Source of the DNA: Candidatus Hydrogenedentota bacterium
Lineage (GTDB): Bacteria > Hydrogenedentota > Hydrogenedentia > Hydrogenedentales > SLHB01
Assembly (NCBI GenBank): GCA_029974275.1
Contig: JARKSN010000208.1
Span: forward strand, 1-46,044
Direction: 5' to 3'
Length of the DNA: 46,044 bases
Positions 10,067 through 19,388 of this stretch are shown piece after piece. The translations under genes were made by a program, and so were the position numbers. A model generated the notes under the pieces. The model was not told where the DNA came from and did not search any database. It was given only the letters and a program-made list of their open reading frames with translations. Position 1 is the first letter of the stretch, and each line of letters begins with the position of its first letter.

Positions 10067-11491
10067 CTATTTTTCGGGGGCGGCAGGCGTTTCCGCGGGG
10101 GCCGCGTCCCAACGGGGCTGCAGGCGGAAAAAGCCTGTGCGCGGGCCAACGCGGCAGAACAACGCCGCCTCGCCGGGTTTTTGGGCGGCGATCGTTTTCA
10201 CGGCTTCCTCGAATTTAGCGAGGTTTTCAACGGGGATGCCGCCGAATGTCATGATGAGCACGCCGGGGCGCAGTCCGGCGAGTTCGGCGGAACTTCCGGA
10301 TTTCACGCGGCGCACGATGACGCCTTTGACGTCGTCGGTGAGATTCAACAGGATGCGGATGTCCGTCGTGAGTTCGCGAACGGTCAGGCCGAAGATTTTG
10401 TCTTCGAATTCTTCGGCCTCGCGCGCGGGTTTGGGGCGTTCGATCAAGGTGACGCGGACTTCTATGGGTTGTTTGTCGCGCAGCAGCTTGATGGGAACGG
10501 TTGCGCCGACGCCGGTTTCGCGCACGAGTTTGGTGAATCCGAGGACTTCGCGGTTGAGGCGTGCGCGCACGGGCATGCCGTTGAATGATACGATCACGTC
10601 GCCTCGTTGTATGCCCGCTTTTTCACCGGGAGATCCCGACACCACGGCGCCGACTACGATGCCGCCGTTTTTGGGCAGTTCCCAGTATTCGGCCAGATCG
10701 TCCGTCAAGGGTTGCATAAAGACTCCCAGCCATGCGTCGCTCGCGGTTTTCGTGGCGTCGTGTTCCGTTGGGGGCGCATCGATGTAGCGGGCGAAGAGGT
10801 CTGACTGATACAGCAGGGGATGGCCGCTCCGCACGTAGAGTTCGCCGCCTTCTTCGGCGGTCAAGTCAAACCCAATTACGCCGATCACGCGGCCGTTGGC
10901 GTTGATCGCCGGGCCGCCGACGCAGCCGAACGGCACGTTGTCGTCCAGGCAGTAGGTTGTCCGGGGCTTTTCGAGGATGGCTCCGATGTTGCGGTGGGTG
11001 ACGGTGCGGGCGAAATCGAGCGTTTCGCCCAGTAGCCCGATGATCGCGACGGGATCGCCGATGGCGAGCTTTACATGGCGCTCGAATGTGACGTGCGGAA
11101 GGTCCAGGGGCGCGGCGCTTTCAAGGCGCATGAAACACACGTTGATGTCGTCTGGTTTTTTCAGGAGCGTTGCAGGGTATTCGCGTTCTTCTTCGCCTTG
11201 GCCCACGGCGACCCGGATGTTGAAGGGCGTGGCGTTTTCCCGCTGCATGTGGCCATGGGCCATGACGAGGCCGTCGCGTGAAACGATCAGTCCCAGGGCG
11301 CGCGAATCTCGTTTTTCGACTTGTCCCGACTGCGGGTTGGTCAGATCGGCGGAATAGGTGATGAGGCAAATCGCGGGCGTCACTTGCGCGTACGTTTTCG
11401 CGACGATTGTCTGGGGCGTTTGGCTCCAGGCGGACGGCATGAACAACGCGGCCATCAGCGCCGCCGCCAACACGCGGTTCTTATTCGTCAT
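10067..11491 (-). CDS. HtrA/DegP-like trypsin-fold plus 2xPDZ protein, catalytically degenerate
   Basis: Signal peptide, trypsin-like layout and two PDZ domains (WLGV..QP, SPGEKAGIQRGDVI; FGLTVREL). GNSGGP is replaced by GCVGGP. Confidence 0.85.
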   Translation of the reverse strand: MTNKNRVLAAALMAALFMPSAWSQTPQTIVAKTYAQVTPAICLITYSADLTNPQSGQVEKRDSRALGLIVSRDGLVMAHGHMQRENATPFNIRVAVGQGEEEREYPATLLKKPDDINVCFMRLESAAPLDLPHVTFERHVKLAIGDPVAIIGLLGETLDFARTVTHRNIGAILEKPRTTYCLDDNVPFGCVGGPAINANGRVIGVIGFDLTAEEGGELYVRSGHPLLYQSDLFARYIDAPPTEHDATKTASDAWLGVFMQPLTDDLAEYWELPKNGGIVVGAVVSGSPGEKAGIQRGDVIVSFNGMPVRARLNREVLGFTKLVRETGVGATVPIKLLRDKQPIEVRVTLIERPKPAREAEEFEDKIFGLTVRELTTDIRILLNLTDDVKGVIVRRVKSGSSAELAGLRPGVLIMTFGGIPVENLAKFEEAVKTIAAQKPGEAALFCRVGPRTGFFRLQPRWDAAPAETPAAPEK

Positions 11492-12860
11492 GACTTGGCC
11501 CTTCCGCTGGCTTGCCTTTGTTGGATTGTTGCGGGGCATGTTCGGGTTCCATCTTCAGCAGCACGAAACGTCCAAGGGCTCCGCGTCGGACATCAAGAAG
11601 CACCAGGCGTTGCTTGGCTTGTACGCGTTTTTCGTAGATCTGCTTGAACGCCGCCATGGAGGGAACTTCTTCGTTGTCGACCCGGAAGATGATGTCGCCC
11701 TCGGAAAGCTGCGCATTCGCGGCGATTCCCCCCACTTGCACGCCGAGCACATACACTCCCGCAAGGGTTGGCAGTTGCGCGCGGCGCATGATGGCCGGGG
11801 TCACTTCCGCTGCCGTGAAGTTCCACGCGGGGAAGTCGACTTCCTCGCCTTTGAGGTCGGCTTTTTCCGCCGTCTTTGTCTTGATGTCGATTTCCTCGTC
11901 GCCTCGTTTGATATGCAGGGTCACCTCGTTGCCGATGGGCAAATCGGCGATGAGCTTGTTGACGCGGGGAATTTCTTCCTCGAAGCGCGCGTTCGTGGCC
12001 TCGCCATCGATGTGCAGCAGGATATCGCCCGGTTTCACCTGTGCGTCGAACGCGGGCGAGAGCGGATCGACGTCGCCGATAATCACGCCTTTTTGGCTGG
12101 GGTCGTCCGTTTTGCCCATCATTTCCTGGAGGTTGATGCCCAGCCAGCTTCGTTTCACGCGGCCGTTGGCGATGATCTGGTCCACGACTTCCTTGGCGAT
12201 GTCTCCTGGGATGGCGAAGCCCACGTTTTCGCCCGCGCGGATTTTGCGCGCGTTGACGCCGACCATTTCTCCTTTGAGATTCACCAGGGGGCCGCCGCTG
12301 TTGCCTTGGTTGATGGCGGCGTCGGTCTGGATCCAATTGTTGAAGGGGGACACCAGATCGTCGCTGTCGCCGAGATAGCGATCGGTGACGCTGACAATTC
12401 CCATGGACACCGACCGGGCGAGCCCCAGCGGACTGCCCAGCGCCAGCACGGTTTGACCGGGCTCGAGCGTTTTGGAGACGCCGAACTTGACGCATGGGAG
12501 GTCCTTCCGGTCCGTCTTCAGTTTCAGAACCGCCAAATCCGTATAGCGATCCGTGCCGACGACGTCCGCTTCGACCTCGTCTTTGTCGTAGAGGACGCAT
12601 CGCACCGATTTGCTGGCGCCGGCGACGTGTTCGTTGGTGACCACATAGCCGTCGGGGGTGATGATCGAGCCGCTGCCCACGACGACCATTTCCTCTTTTG
12701 TTCCGCCGGTGTACACTTCCTTTACGGGACGGATGTGCACCAGCGCGGGAAGCACTTTGTTTTTCGCGCGCACCACGCGTCCTTCGGCCGTGAGTCCTGT
12801 TGTCGCGCAACCGGAAGCGCACACCGCCAACGCTGTTATGAGCCATGCCGCCTTTCTCAA
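11481..12860 (-). CDS. HtrA/DegP-family serine protease with PDZ domains (lipoprotein)
   Basis: Intact triad motifs TNEHV, TDLAV and QTDAAINQGNSGGP; lipobox ASGC; TTG start after AGGAGGTG. Confidence 0.93.
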   Translation of the reverse strand: MRKAAWLITALAVCASGCATTGLTAEGRVVRAKNKVLPALVHIRPVKEVYTGGTKEEMVVVGSGSIITPDGYVVTNEHVAGASKSVRCVLYDKDEVEADVVGTDRYTDLAVLKLKTDRKDLPCVKFGVSKTLEPGQTVLALGSPLGLARSVSMGIVSVTDRYLGDSDDLVSPFNNWIQTDAAINQGNSGGPLVNLKGEMVGVNARKIRAGENVGFAIPGDIAKEVVDQIIANGRVKRSWLGINLQEMMGKTDDPSQKGVIIGDVDPLSPAFDAQVKPGDILLHIDGEATNARFEEEIPRVNKLIADLPIGNEVTLHIKRGDEEIDIKTKTAEKADLKGEEVDFPAWNFTAAEVTPAIMRRAQLPTLAGVYVLGVQVGGIAANAQLSEGDIIFRVDNEEVPSMAAFKQIYEKRVQAKQRLVLLDVRRGALGRFVLLKMEPEHAPQQSNKGKPAEGPSHDE

Positions 12861-12947
12861 TCCGCACCTCCTTGTTTTCGCGGCTCACGCCGCGAACGCT
12901 TATTATACGTGGCGGGTGATGGAAACTAAACAGGTCGGCGGGTCGAA

Positions 12948-12976
12948 TTGACCTCGCGCCGGGGGGTGTGGATAAT
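12948..12976 (+). promoter_or_regulatory. Sigma70-type promoter overlapping a consensus DnaA box
   Basis: TTGACC, 17-bp spacer, GATAAT. TGTGGATAA (12967-12975) is the reverse complement of TTATCCACA. Confidence 0.45.
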
Positions 12977-13356
12977 CGCGTCATCACTGCAGGGGGCGCG
13001 TCAACGGGGATAATGTGCACGATCGCAATGGATTCAGCCCGGCGAAGGGCCTTGTGGCTTGCGGAAAGCAGGCAGCCGTGCGTGAGACGTTGAACACATC
13101 GTATCATCGGCGCGACTTCGCACGTCCGCCGTTGCGAGAAAGCGTCGTGTCGTCGCATGGGCTCGGAGAGCGTTTTGCCGAGAAGGGCGCGCCGGTTCCT
13201 GCGGACGGCGATGGGGAACTGGCAGACGGTTGTCTGCCTCGGTTCGGGGGGCATGCAGGCGCGTTTCGTCTTGAATCCGAGGAATTGCCGCAGTCTAATC
13301 AGGGGTCTTGTCCGTACGGCGATCTGGCCCGGCGCGAATGGGCGCGATTTGTAGAG

Positions 13357-15693
13357 ATGTACGGTTTCGAGAGCGGATCTTCCGTGGATGAGGAGCCGTT
13401 TGTCGCGGAAACCGATCCCCGTGGGGCCAACGCGCCCATCGTCTCGATCATCATACCGACGTACAATCGAGCTCGCCTGTTGTGCTTGGCTATCGAATCC
13501 GTCGTTCATCAAACCTATCGTCATTGGGAGCTGTGGATTTGCGATGACGGTTCGACGGACGATACGGCGGCGGCTGTCCAGCCCTATCTCGTTGATCCGC
13601 GCACACGCTACATTCCGTGTTCGCACACGGGACTTCCTGCCGCGGCGCGCAACGTCGGCCTCGAACGCGCCACGGGGAAATATGTGGCGTTTCTGGATTC
13701 GGACGACCTGTGGCTGCCCAGTAAACTTGCCGAGCAAGTGGAGGCGATGGAGAGAGAGCCCGAGGCGGGCATCTGCTCGGCCAATGCGTACGCGTATTGG
13801 GAGCGTGAGCCCAGCGAAGTGCGTCTACTCCTGCGCGAAGGGCAGGCGAAGAGCGGCGCGGTTCTCGACACCCTCATCCTGGATAACTACGTGGTCAACT
13901 GTACGGCGATGGTTCGCCGCGAAATCCTCGGCAAGTCGGGTTTCTTTTCGACGGATCCCGAGGTCGTTGAGGACTACGATCTCTGGGTGCGTGTCTGCGC
14001 CGTGTCGCATTTGGCGTATCTGGATAAACCCCTGGCCATTTACCGCGTGGAATCTTCGGACAGCTTTGGCGCGCGCGATACGTGGGAGAAACAGCGGATT
14101 CGCTTGCTCCATGTGTTTCGGCATCTGGATGGATTCCTGGCCGATCGAGGAATTTTGGAGTCATTCCGGCGCGGTTTGCTCGAAACGGCCGTTGAAATGC
14201 GGTGGGGCGAGGTTTTCGAAGCGCGCCTACGTTCGCATCGATGGAGCGAGACGATCCAGTGGCTGGCGTTTGCGCCGGTCCTGCATCCACACAAGAAACC
14301 GTATTGGGCGGCAAAGCGGCTGCTCCGTTACGCCCGCGCCCGGGTGCGGCGCGGCTGGGGGATCAAGCGCACCTTACTGCGCGTGTTCGACACGGCGCGA
14401 TCGCCGTTGAAGGCGCTGCGCTACAATCAGGCCTTCGCCAAAAATTTTGGGCATCTTCGATCCGATCCCAGCAAGATCAATGTGCTGTGCTTGATGCCAC
14501 GACTGTGCGCGGGCGGAGCGGAACGGGTGATGTTGAATATCGCGCGTTTTGTCGACCCCGATCGTTTCTGTTTTCACGTGTGCGCGGACTCTCCGGACGG
14601 TTTCGCTTGGCGAGACGAATACGAGAAGATTTTCAAAAATGTGTTGCAGCCCGGAAACCTGCCTCCGGCGATGTTCCGGAGGTTTTTGGACCGGATTGTG
14701 CGGCAACTCGACATTTCGATCGTCTTTATCTCGGATTCACGCATGGGTTTCGGTTTTTTGCCCGCGCTTCGTTCCAAGTTCCCGCACATTGCCACGGCGG
14801 ACGTAATGCACTCGAAGGAATCGCCGGGCGTCATTGATGAGCATGCGTGGGTGGCGCCGTTGTTGGATCGGCGCGTGTGCATCAGCCAGGACCTCCGAAG
14901 ACATGTGCTCGAGAGGTATGGGCGCCGCGGCGTCGCCTCTGAGTATGCGGACCGCGTGGAGGTCATTTACAACGGGATCGACCTGCGCGAATTGGATCCG
15001 GCGCGTTTCGATTCCAGCGCCTTCCGCCGCGCGCAGGGCATTCCCGAGGGGACGTTTTTGGCGTGTTTTCTGGGACGGTTTTCTGAAGAAAAACAACCGA
15101 GGATCTTCGTGGAAATGGCGCGTGAACTCGCCGGATATGTTCTGCCCGTTCCCGTCCATTTTGTGATGGCGGGCGATGGCCCCTTGCGCGCCGATACGGA
15201 ACGGGCCATTGTCGAGACGGGACTCAAGGACCATTTCGTGCTGCCGGGTCTTGTGCAGAATGTGGGGGAGCTTCTTGCCTCGGTAAATGCGCTGGTCATC
15301 ACCTCGCGCATCGAGGGCATTCCCTTTGCCGGCGTCGAGACCCTGGCGATGGGCAAGCCGGTGATCAGCACCGATGTCGGCGCGTTGCGCGAACTCGTAC
15401 AACCCGACGTGAATGGCTATCTTGAACCGCACGATGCCGCCTCCGCCGCGCGCCTGGCCGAACGGCTTGCACTGTTGATCCGCGAGCCGGATCGCTATCA
15501 GCGGCTTGCCGGTCAGGCGCGTGAATCGATCATGGGCGCCTACTCCGTCGATGCCATGGCCGCCGCATACGCCCGGCTCTTTTCAGACATCCTTGAAGAA
15601 GCGCGCGAGCGCATGGATGGGGGGCGATCCGTGCGCATTTTCGGGAAAAGGCGTCAACCCTATTCCGAAAACCGGCGTCCGGATTCGGTCTGA
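13357..15693 (+). CDS. Fused GT2 (GT-A) + GT4 (GT-B) glycosyltransferase
   Basis: N-terminal VSIIIPTYNR, DDGSTD, FLDSDD, EDYDLW; C-terminal GGAERV, VIYNGID, EGIPFAGVE (Ex7E). Start uncertain: the ORF is open from 13015. Confidence 0.9.
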   Translation: MYGFESGSSVDEEPFVAETDPRGANAPIVSIIIPTYNRARLLCLAIESVVHQTYRHWELWICDDGSTDDTAAAVQPYLVDPRTRYIPCSHTGLPAAARNVGLERATGKYVAFLDSDDLWLPSKLAEQVEAMEREPEAGICSANAYAYWEREPSEVRLLLREGQAKSGAVLDTLILDNYVVNCTAMVRREILGKSGFFSTDPEVVEDYDLWVRVCAVSHLAYLDKPLAIYRVESSDSFGARDTWEKQRIRLLHVFRHLDGFLADRGILESFRRGLLETAVEMRWGEVFEARLRSHRWSETIQWLAFAPVLHPHKKPYWAAKRLLRYARARVRRGWGIKRTLLRVFDTARSPLKALRYNQAFAKNFGHLRSDPSKINVLCLMPRLCAGGAERVMLNIARFVDPDRFCFHVCADSPDGFAWRDEYEKIFKNVLQPGNLPPAMFRRFLDRIVRQLDISIVFISDSRMGFGFLPALRSKFPHIATADVMHSKESPGVIDEHAWVAPLLDRRVCISQDLRRHVLERYGRRGVASEYADRVEVIYNGIDLRELDPARFDSSAFRRAQGIPEGTFLACFLGRFSEEKQPRIFVEMARELAGYVLPVPVHFVMAGDGPLRADTERAIVETGLKDHFVLPGLVQNVGELLASVNALVITSRIEGIPFAGVETLAMGKPVISTDVGALRELVQPDVNGYLEPHDAASAARLAERLALLIREPDRYQRLAGQARESIMGAYSVDAMAAAYARLFSDILEEARERMDGGRSVRIFGKRRQPYSENRRPDSV

Positions 15694-16001
15694 CGCGGGA
15701 GCCGGTTGCACATGGGCTGGATATCAAAAAACATGTGGCACAGACCGGGCGCTGCGCGGCGCCATCTCCGCATGACTATGTAAGCGAAGGATGAATCGGT
15801 CAGGATACTGGGCGGCGACGAAGAGTTACTGCGTGCAAAAGAAGAAAGGTTTGTTCGAACGACGGGACGGCAAAAAATCTGCGCACTGCAACGTGATCGT
15901 TTGGGATCGCGTATTTTTCATAGCCTCGAGTGGCGCTGCGAAAAACGGGACCTTGCTGCTTGAAATGCGTTACAATAACGTTTCCGACTGATTTTCGGCG
16001 C

Positions 16002-16084
16002 GGAGGGTTAGGATAATGGTAATCCACCGGTCTTGAAAACCGGCGCCTTCGGGCTTGGGGGTTCGAGTCCCCCACCCTCCGCCA
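16002..16084 (+). tRNA. tRNA-Ser (anticodon TGA)
   Basis: Acceptor GGAGGGT/ACCCTCC, anticodon stem CCGGT/ACCGG with loop CTTGAAA, variable hairpin, T arm GGGGG-TTCGAGT-CCCCC, discriminator G and encoded CCA. Confidence 0.93.
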
Positions 16085-16187
16085 CCTTTCATATCAAATG
16101 CTTACGCGACTTTTCCGATCCGAGACGCAACCCAAGAACAGTCCCGTGGCACACTTTTAGGGATCGCTGAGGGCCCTTGTCCGTCCG

Positions 16188-16217
16188 TTGCCACTCGCCA
16201 ATCACAGATGCTACAAT
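16188..16217 (+). promoter_or_regulatory. Sigma70-type promoter for tRNA-Val
   Basis: TTGCCA, 18-bp spacer, TACAAT with extended -10 TG; 10 bp upstream of the tRNA. Confidence 0.6.
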
Positions 16218-16227
16218 GCCGTTCTCC

Positions 16228-16304
16228 GGGCGGTTAGCTCAGTTGGTTAGAGCATCTGCTTTACACGCAGAGGGTCGGGTGTTCGAATCACCCACCGCCC
16301 ACCA
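16228..16304 (+). tRNA. tRNA-Val (anticodon TAC)
   Basis: GGGCGGT/ACCGCCC acceptor, TAGCTCAGTTGGTTAGAGC D arm, loop TTTACAC, TTCGAAT T loop, ACCA end. Confidence 0.97.
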
Positions 16305-16425
16305 TCTTCCACTTTTGCCACCTCCTCCGCCCGTTGGAGCGGGGGAAAGGTCCGTGATACGATAGGCCGTGGAAATCATTGCACGGACGGGCATGACGCG
16401 GCGTACACCGAGAGGAAGGTTCACG

Positions 16426-17148
16426 ATGATTGAATTGGGCGTGAATATTGATCATGTCGCCACGTTGCGCGAGGCGCGTAAGGGGAAGGAGCCGGACCTT
16501 ATCGCGGCGGCGAAGGTCTGTGAACTCGCGGGGGCGCATCAGATCACGGTGCATTTGCGTCAAGATCGGCGGCATATTCATGACGCCGATGTGCGGCAGT
16601 TGCGCGATGTGTTGCAGGTGCGTCTCAACCTCGAGATGGCGGCAACCGATGACATTATTGCCATTGCGCATTGCGTCAAACCGGAAGTCGTGTGCCTGGT
16701 GCCCGAGAACCGGCGCGAGGTCACGACGGAGGGCGGGCTCGATGTCGCTGGGCAGGTCGATCGCTTGACGGAGGTCGTGAAGGGTTTTCGTGATGACGGG
16801 ATCAAGGTGAGCATGTTCATTGATCCCGATCTGGACCAAGTGGAGGCGAGCGCTGAAACGGGCGCGAACTTCGTTGAGTTGCACACGGGCGCGTATGCCA
16901 ACGCCGACGATCTGGATCGCTATAATGAGCTCGAACGCCTCGTGCAGGCCGCGCGTCGCGCCGTCAACAGCGGCCTTGTGTTCAACGCGGGGCATGGTCT
17001 GACGGTGCGCAATCTGCGTCCGGTGGCGGCGATACCGGGGCTCAATGAAGTGAATATTGGGCACAGCATTATCTCGCGGGCCGTGTTCCTGGGTTTGCAC
17101 GCGGCCGTTGCCGAGATACTCGATATTCTGCGCGAATGCACGAAGTAG
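16426..17148 (+). CDS. pdxJ: Pyridoxine 5'-phosphate synthase
   Basis: [42 protein letters not shown] and EVNIGH motifs. Confidence 0.98.
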   Translation: MIELGVNIDHVATLREARKGKEPDLIAAAKVCELAGAHQITVHLRQDRRHIHDADVRQLRDVLQVRLNLEMAATDDIIAIAHCVKPEVVCLVPENRREVTTEGGLDVAGQVDRLTEVVKGFRDDGIKVSMFIDPDLDQVEASAETGANFVELHTGAYANADDLDRYNELERLVQAARRAVNSGLVFNAGHGLTVRNLRPVAAIPGLNEVNIGHSIISRAVFLGLHAAVAEILDILRECTK

Positions 17149-19388
17149 TCCAGGGCGATCCGCCGGGTTTGTCCGGCGACCGCACGCGTCGAAGGATCGG
17201 GATCGACGCGTTTGCCCTGGGCGCCATTCTGCTCATCGGCGCGGGGCTGCGCGTCGCCTATTTACACGAGCTTGAGCAGAGTCCTTATTTTTCGCTTCCG
17301 GCGATAGACCCGGCGTTTCATGACGACTGGGCGCGCGCGCTGACGGGATTCTATCCCGCCGATGCCGTGCCGGATCAGTACGGTCCTGGGCAGCCGGCGA
17401 ATGAACCCTTCATGCGACCGCCGGCGTATCCGCATTTTCTAGCGTTGGCGTATCTGCTGACGCGCGGCAGCTATCTGGGCGCGTATGCGGCGCAGATGGG
17501 GCTGGGCCTCGTCAATGCGGTCCTGGTTTTTTTTCTCGCCCGTCGGATGTTCGGCCGTGCGCCCGCGATTCTCTCCGCGTTTGGCATGGCGGTGTATTGG
17601 GCGCTTATCTACAACGAGGGCGAATTGCACGCCGTTGTGTTGATGATTTTTTTTGCGCTTTTGTTGTTTCTGGCGCTGCAACAATGGCTGTTCGCACACA
17701 AGTCGGGCTGGGGTTTCGCCGCGGGCGTAGTCATGGGGCTACTTGCACTCACGGGTCCGGTGACGCTTGCGTTTTTGCCGGTGGCGGCGCTATGGCTGGG
17801 ATCGCTTGAGTGGCGGCGGCTTCGTTCGAGGCGATTCCTCGTCGCGCCTGCGCTATTTCTGGCGGGATATGCCCTCGGCGTATTGCCCGCGCAGGCGCGC
17901 AATTATTGGGCGTCGGGCAACTGGGTGATCATGGCCCCTGTCGGCGGCATCAATTTTTTCATCGGCAATAACCCGAAGGCCACGGGCGTATTTTCGTGGG
18001 ATTATCCCGAGTACGGCGGCAACGGCGCATGTTATGAGTTCATCGAGATGCGGCATGTGCTTGGCAAGAAGTTTGGCAGAACGATGTCGGTGCGCGATCT
18101 CTCGGATTTTTTCCGGGACAAGGCGCTTGACTATATCCGCGAACGCCCGAAGGATGCGTTGCGCCTGACGCTGAAAAAGGCATTGATGTTCTGGGGGCCG
18201 GTGGAATGGCGCCACAACAAGGCCGTTGAGATCGACCGCGCGCATTCAGCCGTTCTGAGGCGGATTCCAGGCGATTTTCCGGCGCTATTGACGATCTTTC
18301 TCTTGGGGAGCGTTCTGTTTATCGGGCAAGAACGCCGGCGTCTTGCGGATCGAGAAGCGGCGTTGCCGTTGCTGCTTCTGGTTTTTGTTGCGGTGTATTT
18401 TTTGGGCTATGTTCCTTTTTTTGTGAACGCGCAATTCCGCGCGCCGTTAGCGCCGTTTCTGATTCTTTTCGGGGCGTACGGTCTATGTTGCGTTGCGTCG
18501 TTTGGCATGGCGCGCCGGTATGTTCTTGCGGCGGGTTGCATTGCCGGGGGCGGGTTGGCGTATGCCGTGTGCAGCTACCCGTTTGTGCCCTACGACGCGC
18601 AAGACGATCGTTGCTTCTGGCATTTCGATCGGGGGTTATCGTTCAGCAAACTGGGCAAAACACAGGACGCGATCGCCGAATACCGCGGGGCGATCGACGC
18701 CGATCCGGGTTGCTTTGCCGCGTACACGAACCTTGCGCGTGCGCTGGCGCTTGACGGACAATACGATGCGGCGATGGACGTTTGCGAGCAGGCTCGTTCT
18801 GCCGGGCCAACGTTCGATTGGGCGTATTTCGATGTGGGGGACAAGTTCGTGCAACCTTTCGCCAAGGCGCTTGACAACGCCTTCGCCAAGGACCCGGCGG
18901 CGTGGCCTCCTGCTTTGTTGACGGAACCTGGGCTTTCTGCGACACGCGAAGTTGTGTTTGGTTTGGCGTGTTTGCGGCGTTTTTCCGAGATATGCCCGGA
19001 GGGGCGTCGTGCGGCATATCAAGCGCTGGCCAAGGGCTATGCGGCGTTGGGGCAGACCGTCGACGCTATCGAGGCCTATGCGCAGGCGGCGGCTCTGTGT
19101 CCAACGTGCCAAACGGAGCGCATGCAGTTCGCGGCCTTGTTGTGTGCGAAAAAACGTGAAGACGAGGCGATCGCGACGCTTCGGGAAGCGCTTGCAGCGT
19201 CGCCGGACAGCGCGTCTCTCCAGGCCGCGCTGGGCCTCGCGCTGGTGCGGGCGAATCGCGCCGAGGACGCGGCCCGCGCATTTCGCCGGGCCCTTGCGCT
19301 TGACCCGGAATTGGCGTGGGCGCGTGAACAGCTTATTCGTGTCGAGGGGAATCGTCCGCAGGCGGCGACGGAGTCATCGTGGCGATGA
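17136..19388 (+). CDS. GT-C fold (PMT/ArnT, GT39-like) membrane glycosyltransferase with C-terminal TPRs
   Basis: First-loop D...HDDWA, RPPAYP, multiple TM helices, RNY..SG...[11 protein letters not shown] and TPR motifs in the last third. Confidence 0.85.
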   Translation: MHEVVQGDPPGLSGDRTRRRIGIDAFALGAILLIGAGLRVAYLHELEQSPYFSLPAIDPAFHDDWARALTGFYPADAVPDQYGPGQPANEPFMRPPAYPHFLALAYLLTRGSYLGAYAAQMGLGLVNAVLVFFLARRMFGRAPAILSAFGMAVYWALIYNEGELHAVVLMIFFALLLFLALQQWLFAHKSGWGFAAGVVMGLLALTGPVTLAFLPVAALWLGSLEWRRLRSRRFLVAPALFLAGYALGVLPAQARNYWASGNWVIMAPVGGINFFIGNNPKATGVFSWDYPEYGGNGACYEFIEMRHVLGKKFGRTMSVRDLSDFFRDKALDYIRERPKDALRLTLKKALMFWGPVEWRHNKAVEIDRAHSAVLRRIPGDFPALLTIFLLGSVLFIGQERRRLADREAALPLLLLVFVAVYFLGYVPFFVNAQFRAPLAPFLILFGAYGLCCVASFGMARRYVLAAGCIAGGGLAYAVCSYPFVPYDAQDDRCFWHFDRGLSFSKLGKTQDAIAEYRGAIDADPGCFAAYTNLARALALDGQYDAAMDVCEQARSAGPTFDWAYFDVGDKFVQPFAKALDNAFAKDPAAWPPALLTEPGLSATREVVFGLACLRRFSEICPEGRRAAYQALAKGYAALGQTVDAIEAYAQAAALCPTCQTERMQFAALLCAKKREDEAIATLREALAASPDSASLQAALGLALVRANRAEDAARAFRRALALDPELAWAREQLIRVEGNRPQAATESSWR

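Noticed and set aside
13015..13356. 114-codon N-terminal extension of the GT2-GT4 ORF
   Set aside because: No domain-like sequence and no clear RBS; probably untranslated leader, though the true start is uncertain.
16002..16084. Possible tRNA-Sec or opal suppressor because TGA appears in the anticodon loop
   Set aside because: The anticodon itself is TGA (reads UCA, Ser). tRNA-Sec needs anticodon TCA and an 8/5 fold; this one is 7/5.
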